NCBI RefSeq assembly: GCF_001194135.2
Contig: NC_068986.1
Location: 98,679,332 to 98,737,485 of the forward strand
DNA length: 58,154 bases
Origin: Octopus bimaculoides
Taxonomy: Eukaryota
Direction: 5' to 3'
Shown: positions 51,735 to 58,154 of the stretch, in pieces
Layout of the letters: every line of letters starts with the position of its first letter
Position numbering within the stretch: position 1 is the first letter of the stretch
Notes under the pieces: generated by a model
The model's input: the letters and a program-made list of their open reading frames with translations, nothing else
Told to the model about the DNA's origin: nothing
Databases searched by the model: none
Made by a program: the position numbers and the translations under genes

Positions 51735-51945
51735 TTAGTAATAGAATTAATAATTAACAACTTTGCCAAGTAGTTCAGTATGAAAAAACCTTTATCGGTA
51801 AAATCATTTATCATCATAAATATACAGGGATTAGCATTGAGTTGCTTCTCCAACATACTGAAAATTTAGAAATAGCAGTCAAAGAACTACTGATTCTAAA
51901 CTACAAATTTTTCTCTGGCGATATTTATGGCACACATAGAACAAA
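51735..51945 (+). repeat. unclassified interspersed repeat, second copy at ~55590-55803
   Basis: TTTGCCAAGTAGTT...CCAACATA.TGAAAATTTAGAAATAGCAGT...GCGATATTTATGGC.CACATAGAACAA is shared by both loci. Confidence 0.85.
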
Positions 51946-52134
51946 AATATATATATATATATAGACACACAAACACACATACATATCAATTTGTATATAT
52001 ATATAGTTAATTCGAGGAAGTTAAGTCCTCATTAGGGATTATATATTTCAATGTATTCCATTGGTTCAGTCCGTATTATATAATGGTAAAGTCATCCATA
52101 TATGTTTAGGATTATTGAAATTTTTTAATATTGA

Positions 52135-53482
52135 GGTAAAAACAAGAAGAAAATGGAGAATAAATGGATGTAATTACTGATATATTTGCATGTTGTAGAA
52201 AGATGAGATTTTTTTAAAGAACATAAATAAATGATTAGAAGTTGAAAGCTCAAAAGAGTTAAGCAAACAAACGTAAGAAGAACCTACATATAGGATTCTA
52301 TCAAACCGATAAAGTGATGCGAACCTCCAAAACATGTTTAATGTCAAGAAAATTAACACATTCATACTATTGTATGGTTGGACTTCTTCAGGCTTCAAAA
52401 AGATCTTACTCCACTTAAGTGATGATAGTATCTTTTGAGAAAAGTGTGTAGTGTTAGCAGGTTAAAGTTTAAAGCTATGTTTTAGAGATTCTATTTGATT
52501 GGTAGGTTTGGAATATTTGAGGATATACTATATACATATACAAAATATTGTGGAGGCGCAATAGCCCAGTGATTAGGGCAGCGGACTCGCGGTCATAGGA
52601 TCGCGGTTTCCATTCCCACACCGGGCGTTGTGAGTGTTTATTGAGCGAAAACACCAAAAGCTCCACGAGGCTCCGGCAGGAGATGGTGGCGAACCCTACT
52701 GTACTCTTTCACCACAACTTTCTATTACTTCCTGTTTCTGTTGTGCCTGTAATTCAAAGGATCAGACTTGTCACACTGTGTTACGCTGAATATCCCTGAG
52801 AACTACGTTTAGGGTACACGTGTCTGTGAAGTGCTCAGCCAATTGCACGTTAATTTCACGAGCAGGCTGTTCCGTTGATCGGATAAACTGGAACCCTCGT
52901 CGTCGTAAGCGACGGAGTGCCAACAACAACAACAACAACAACATACAAAATATTATAATTAGTAAATAGATAAAGAAATAAATAAAGATAAATAAATAAG
53001 AAGAAGAAAGAAGTATGCAAAAGTAATAAATATGATTATATTATAATAAATTGAAAAGGTGACAGTTAGAACATTGAGACATGAAATAAAGTGAAATAAG
53101 AATAAAAATATAAAAAGTAATGTAATGTACAACAAATTTAATATATTCTATGGATGATTCTTATTGGTTATGGTGAGAGATACATATGGTGGAAGATGGA
53201 TGGAAATTATCCTAAAAGGTATCCAATGTGATTCATGACAAACATGGTAATTTCCTTGACATTAAACAACATGTTTTGGAGATTCCCATCAAATTATTGG
53301 TTTGATAGAAACACATATGTAGGTTCCTCTTGCGTTTTCTACTTAACGTTTTTGAGCTTTCAACTTCCAGTTTTTTTGGGGTTTTTTTTTTGTAATGTTC
53401 TTTTTAAAAAACGCTATCTTTCTTCAAATAAATCAGTAATTACATCCATTTACTCTCCAGTTTCCTCTCCTTGTTTTTCCCT
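52135..53482. repeat. inverted repeat, ~230-bp arms (52135-52365 and 53245-53482), ~880-bp spacer
   Basis: TTGACATTAAAC..ATGTTTTGGAG...GGTTTGATAGAA...TGTAGGTTC...TTTGAGCTTTCAACTTC is present in opposite orientations. Confidence 0.85.
52550..52942 (+). mobile_element. intact tRNA-SINE (family D) with (CAA)n tail and 12-bp TSD
   Basis: tRNA-like head GGAGGCGCAATAGCCCAGTGATTAGG...GGTTTCCATTCC; TSD ATACAAAATATT at 52538-52549 and 52943-52954. Confidence 0.9.
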
Positions 53483-53514
<32 letters not shown>

Positions 53515-53801
53515 ACACACACACACACGCATACACACACACACACNNNNNNNNNNNNNNNNNNNNNNNNNNNNNNNNNNNNNNNNNNNNNNNNNNNNNN
53601 NNNNNNNNNNNNNNNNNNNNNNNNNNNNNNNNNNNNNNNNNNNNNNNNNNNNNNNNNNNNNNNNNNNNNNNNNNNNNNNNNNNNNNNNNNNNNNNNNNNN
53701 NNNNNNNNNNNNNNNNNNNNNNNNNNNNNNNNNNNNNNNNNNNNNNNNNNNNNNNNNNNNNNNNNNNNNNNNNNNNNNNNNNNNNNNNNNNNNNNTGTGT
53801 G

Positions 53802-53841
<40 letters not shown>

Positions 53842-54787
53842 TGTGTGTGTAATATGTCGCAAAAGCAGCGTTGGATATTATATATCCGTGTAAAACCACT
53901 CGATCGTGAGGAAACATACGCATTCTTTTGCATTTTCAGCTACGTACACCAAACCTGCTTTTCCCAGCCCGATAAGAAAGCTTTGTTCTTATGAGAACAG
54001 AACGTTTGCTGATCTACTTAAAGCTCAATCATGCTAGAATTACATAAATAAAATCGCACAAAACTAGCGTTGAATAAGATTTATTCATGTAAAATTATAT
54101 TTAACGAGTTTGAGTACATTTGCACATGTGAATTAGCTTCAGGAGGAAATTCTCCTTCGACGACTTGTGTGAAAAGACACTGGACTGTAAGTGATGTCAA
54201 TGGATTGTAGAATGCATTAGTTTCTACCTACTTTCGCTTCGTCAGCTTTGAGAACTAAATCTGTTCTTCGGATAGCCATAAGAACGATTCGTCAATAAAA
54301 CTGCATTTACAGGTCTTCTCACGTTCAAATGTACACGAATGTATTAAATATTATATTACACGAATGTATTTTATTCAACGTTGCTTCGTGTAGTTTTATT
54401 TATTTAATTCTAGCTTCAGTAAGACTTAGGTGCATCAGCAATTATACCCTTTGCTGTTCTAACATAAACGAATTGTTTTTACGGATTGTGAAGATCAGAT
54501 TTGGCGTTGGTACCTGACTGCGCAAAGATAGGACAAGATACATGCATCCTATGATCCAATGATGTCATTTACAGCCTAATGTCTTTCCAATATGTCGTCT
54601 ACAAGGAGACTCTTCCTAAACGCTATTAACTTTAATAATAGATCTTCCCACTTCCGAGAGTACTCCAATGAGTTATGAATTTCTACGTGTGTGTATGTGT
54701 GCGCGCACGCGTGTGTGTGACAATGATAAAGAGGGGATGTTGGTTCAATCTAAGCGGAGTAAGAGTATTGTAGGCTCAAGGGTATAA

Positions 54788-54833
<46 letters not shown>

Positions 54834-55673
54834 NNNNNNNNNNNNNNNNNNNNNNNNNNNNNNNNNNNNNNNNNNNNNNNNNNNNNNNNNNNNNNNNNNN
54901 NNNNNNNNNNNNNNNNNNNNNNNNNNNNNNNNNNNNNNNNNNNNNNNNNNNNNNNNNNNNNNNNNNNNNNNNNNNNNNNNNNNNNNNNNNNNNNNNNNNN
55001 NNNNNNNNNNNNNNNNNNNNNNNNNNNNNNNNNNNNNNNNNNNNNNNNNNNNNNNNNNNNNNNNNNNNNNNNNNNNNNNNNNNNNNNNNNNNNNNNNNNN
55101 NNNNNNNNNNNNNNNNNNNNNNNNNNNNNNNNNNNNNNNNNNNNNNNNNNNNNNNNNNNNNNNNNNNNNNNNNNNNNNNNNNNNNNNNNNNNNNNNNNNN
55201 NNNNNNNNNNNNNNNNNNNNNNNNNNNNNNNNNNNNNNNNNNNNNNNNNNNNNNNNNNNNNNNNNNNNNNNNNNNNNNNNNNNNNNNNNNNNNNNNNNNN
55301 NNNNNNNNNNNNNNNNNNNNNNNNNNNNNNNNNNNNNNNNNNNNNNNNNNNNNNNNNNNNNNNNNNNNNNNNNNNNNNNNNNNNNNNNNNNNNNNNNNNN
55401 NNNNNNNNNNNNNNNNNNNNNNNNNNNNNNNNNNNNNNNNNNNNNNNNNNNNNNNNNNNNNNNNNNNNNNNNNNNNNNNNNNNNNNNNNNNNNNNNNNNN
55501 NNNNNNNNNNNNNNNNNNNNNNNNNNNNNNNNNNNNNNNNNNNNNNNNNNNNNNNNNNNNNNNNCATATAGGGCAAGGAATTGCTAATTAATTAATTAAT
55601 TAATAATTAACAATTTTGCCAAGTAGTTTAGTATGCAAAAAATCTTTATCGGTAAAACATTTATAATTTTAAG

Positions 55674-55940
55674 CATAATATAGGGATCAGCAAAAGTTGC
55701 TTCGCCAACATATTGAAAATTTAGAAATAGCAGTTAAAACTACTAATTCTAACTACAATTAAGTCTCCAACGGATAGCGATATTTATGGCTCACATAGAA
55801 CAACCCTATGTTATTCTATGTGAGCCATGAATATCGCTGTCCGTTGGAGATTTAATTATAGTTAGAATTAGTAGATTTAACTGCTAATTCTAAATTTTCA
55901 GTATGTTGGTGAAGCAACTTTTGCTGATCCCTATATTATG
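55674..55940. repeat. fold-back repeat, 127-bp arms, 13-nt loop, 8 mismatches
   Basis: 55674-55800 versus the reverse complement of 55814-55940, counted by eye. Confidence 0.95.
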
Positions 55941-55944
55941 TTTA

Positions 55945-55992
<48 letters not shown>

Positions 55993-56123
55993 TGTGTGTG
56001 TCTGTGTGTGTGGGTGTATGTATGTGTGTATGTATATTTATTTATTTATTTATTTAGATGAGAGACAGGTATTCTCTGTACAGAATACGCTTCGTAGTGC
56101 TCAAAAGATTGAAACTTGAGCAG

Positions 56124-56398
56124 GTAGAGAAGTGAATGTAAGGACAAGCAAATTAGGCAAGTCGATATACAAAAAGTATTAAATACATTTAATACAAAAA
56201 GTGTACGTATGTATACATATTTTTAAAAATCAGACTTATACAGAATGGAAATGATATAAAAAATTAAGGGAGATATCTTTTCCATTCTTTGTACGTCAGA
56301 CGTTTTTTATATGTATCCTTTTTTTTTTGTATTAAATGTATTTAATATTTTTTGTATATCGACTTGCTTAACTTGCTTACCCTTACATTTACTCCTAT
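56124..56398. repeat. fold-back repeat, ~120-bp arms, ~27-nt loop
   Basis: GCAAGTCGATATACAAAAAGTATTAAATACATTTAATACAAAAA pairs with TTTTTGTATTAAATGTATTTAATATTTTTTGTATATCGACTTGC, and pairing extends on both sides. Confidence 0.9.
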
Positions 56399-56552
56399 AT
56401 ACATACATAGAGTCCTCCACAGATTATTCACTGTCGTAAGTGCAAACCTCATCAATCTAATAGCACAACATTAATACCTATTTAATGTATATTTAATTTA
56501 GCCATATTAATATATATTATGTAGTAATGAGAAAATTGATGTTTGCAGTTAT

Positions 56553-56720
56553 AGGCACAAGTGTGACTCTGTGGTAAAAAGTTTGCTTTCCAACCATGTT
56601 TCCGGGTTCGGTCCTACTGCGTAGCACATTAGGCAGGTGTCTTCTACTATAGCTTCGGGCTGACCAAAGCCTTGTGAGTGGATTTGGTAGCCGGAAATTG
56701 AAAGAAGCCTGTCGTATAAA
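56553..56720 (+). mobile_element. SINE family A head and body (3' part in gap)
   Basis: GTGACTCTGTGGTAAAAAG...GGGTTCGGTCC...CTGACCAAAGCCTTGTGAGTGGATTTGGTAG. Confidence 0.85.
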
Positions 56721-58104
56721 TATATATATATATATATATATANNNNNNNNNNNNNNNNNNNNNNNNNNNNNNNNNNNNNNNNNNNNNNNNNNNNNNNNNN
56801 NNNNNNNNNNNNNNNNNNNNNNNNNNNNNNNNNNNNNNNNNNNNNNNNNNNNNNNNNNNNNNNNNNNNNNNNNNNNNNNNNNNNNNNNNNNNNNNNNNNN
56901 NNNNNNNNNNNNNNNNNNNNNNNNNNNNNNNNNNNNNNNNNNNNNNNNNNNNNNNNNNNNNNNNNNNNNNNNNNNNNNNNNNNNNNNNNNNNNNNNNNNN
57001 NNNNNNNNNNNNNNNNNNNNNNNNNNNNNNNNNNNNNNNNNNNNNNNNNNNNNNNNNNNNNNNNNNNNNNNNNNNNNNNNNNNNNNNNNNNNNNNNNNNN
57101 NNNNNNNNNNNNNNNNNNNNNNNNNNNNNNNNNNNNNNNNNNNNNNNNNNNNNNNNNNNNNNNNNNNNNNNNNNNNNNNNNNNNNNNNNNNNNNNNNNNN
57201 NNNNNNNNNNNNNNNNNNNNNNNNNNNNNNNNNNNNNNNNNNNNNNNNNNNNNNNNNNNNNNNNNNNNNNNNNNNNNNNNNNNNNNNNNNNNNNNNNNNN
57301 NNNNNNNNNNNNNNNNNNNNNNNNNNNNNNNNNNNNNNNNNNNNNNNNNNNNNNNNNNNNNNNNNNNNNNNNNNNNNTATATATATATATATATATATAT
57401 ATGCATTTATGTATTTATATAAGTATATGTATCGACATACATACATACATTCATAGATACGTAATCCATTTTCTCTCAGTATCAATCTACCATATTTCAA
57501 TCACATGGCATTTGTCAGCATCAGATCATGGATGATAACAATTGCCCAAGTATCACACAAAATTATTGATTACAAGAAGACACGGTTACGAAATGCAATT
57601 CTTAACCACACGGTTATGCTTGCAAAAGGCTTTAACATTATTGTTTGTTTTCATTGTGTAATTGATCTCAACAACTTGCAGCTGGCTTGCAAACAGAGCA
57701 CGTTAGTTTTGATTATTTATTGTAATGTCATATTTGGCGCTTGTGGTAAAATACAGAATTGATTATTATAGTATTGATGACATACAATGTAAAATGTCTT
57801 TAGCGTATAGAAATGCATTTTTCTTTTGTATATATTTATAAGTGGTGTGATGCTAATCTTTATCATTTGTAATGTCAATATTTTTCGTTTCAATCCAGAC
57901 AACTAAGCTATTTCTAGAACCAAGTTTGATATTAAGATAATTTATTCAGTATTACTTTAGATATTTTCATTTTTTTTTTTAATTCTTTTACTGGTATTAT
58001 TCGTTGAACTACAGTTTTGTATATATGTGTGCGTGTGTGAACGCGTGTGTGTGGTTTTATTAGAATATACGAGACACTATAATATAGTTGGTTTCATGTG
58101 TGTA

Positions 58105-58154
<50 letters not shown>
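58105..58154. repeat. (TG)n microsatellite
   Basis: Visible run; many further TA/TG/CA runs flank the N gaps throughout the window. Confidence 0.95.

Noticed and set aside
54225-54250. Minus-strand CTGACGAAGCGAAAG
   Set aside because: Only 3 nt between the core halves and no helix I or III pairing; chance match.
347-57500. Dozens of ORFs rich in YI/CV/HT/LS/IYLS repeats or X runs
   Set aside because: They are translations of microsatellites or N gaps, not proteins.

Overview
AT-rich, gap-riddled eukaryotic draft-assembly window, dense in microsatellites. From recall, the SINE bodies match octopus repeats, so it is most likely cephalopod (Octopus) DNA; no database search was run. No intact multi-exon gene is visible, and nearly all listed ORFs are microsatellite, N-run or antisense artefacts. 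The window is mostly decayed mobile elements: several Penelope-like element (PLE) RT and GIY-YIG fragments, RTE-type and R4/Dong-like LINE fragments, a Gypsy RT-RNase H relic, Tc1/mariner relics and a MITE, and at least four tRNA-SINE families. The most notable signal is a set of minimal type-I hammerhead ribozyme (HHR) motifs. (i) A ~345-bp non-coding unit is present as two direct copies plus one inverted copy (14145-15043), each carrying an HHR; one core is intact. (ii) A dispersed short repeat family carries an HHR-like motif whose core is mostly the variant CUGUKGA; one copy sits in an insertion with a 21-22 bp target-site duplication. (iii) Two inverted-repeat pairs carry decayed HHRs. 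There are also several long, short-loop fold-back repeats and one plausible lone terminal coding exon on the minus strand (20003-20138).
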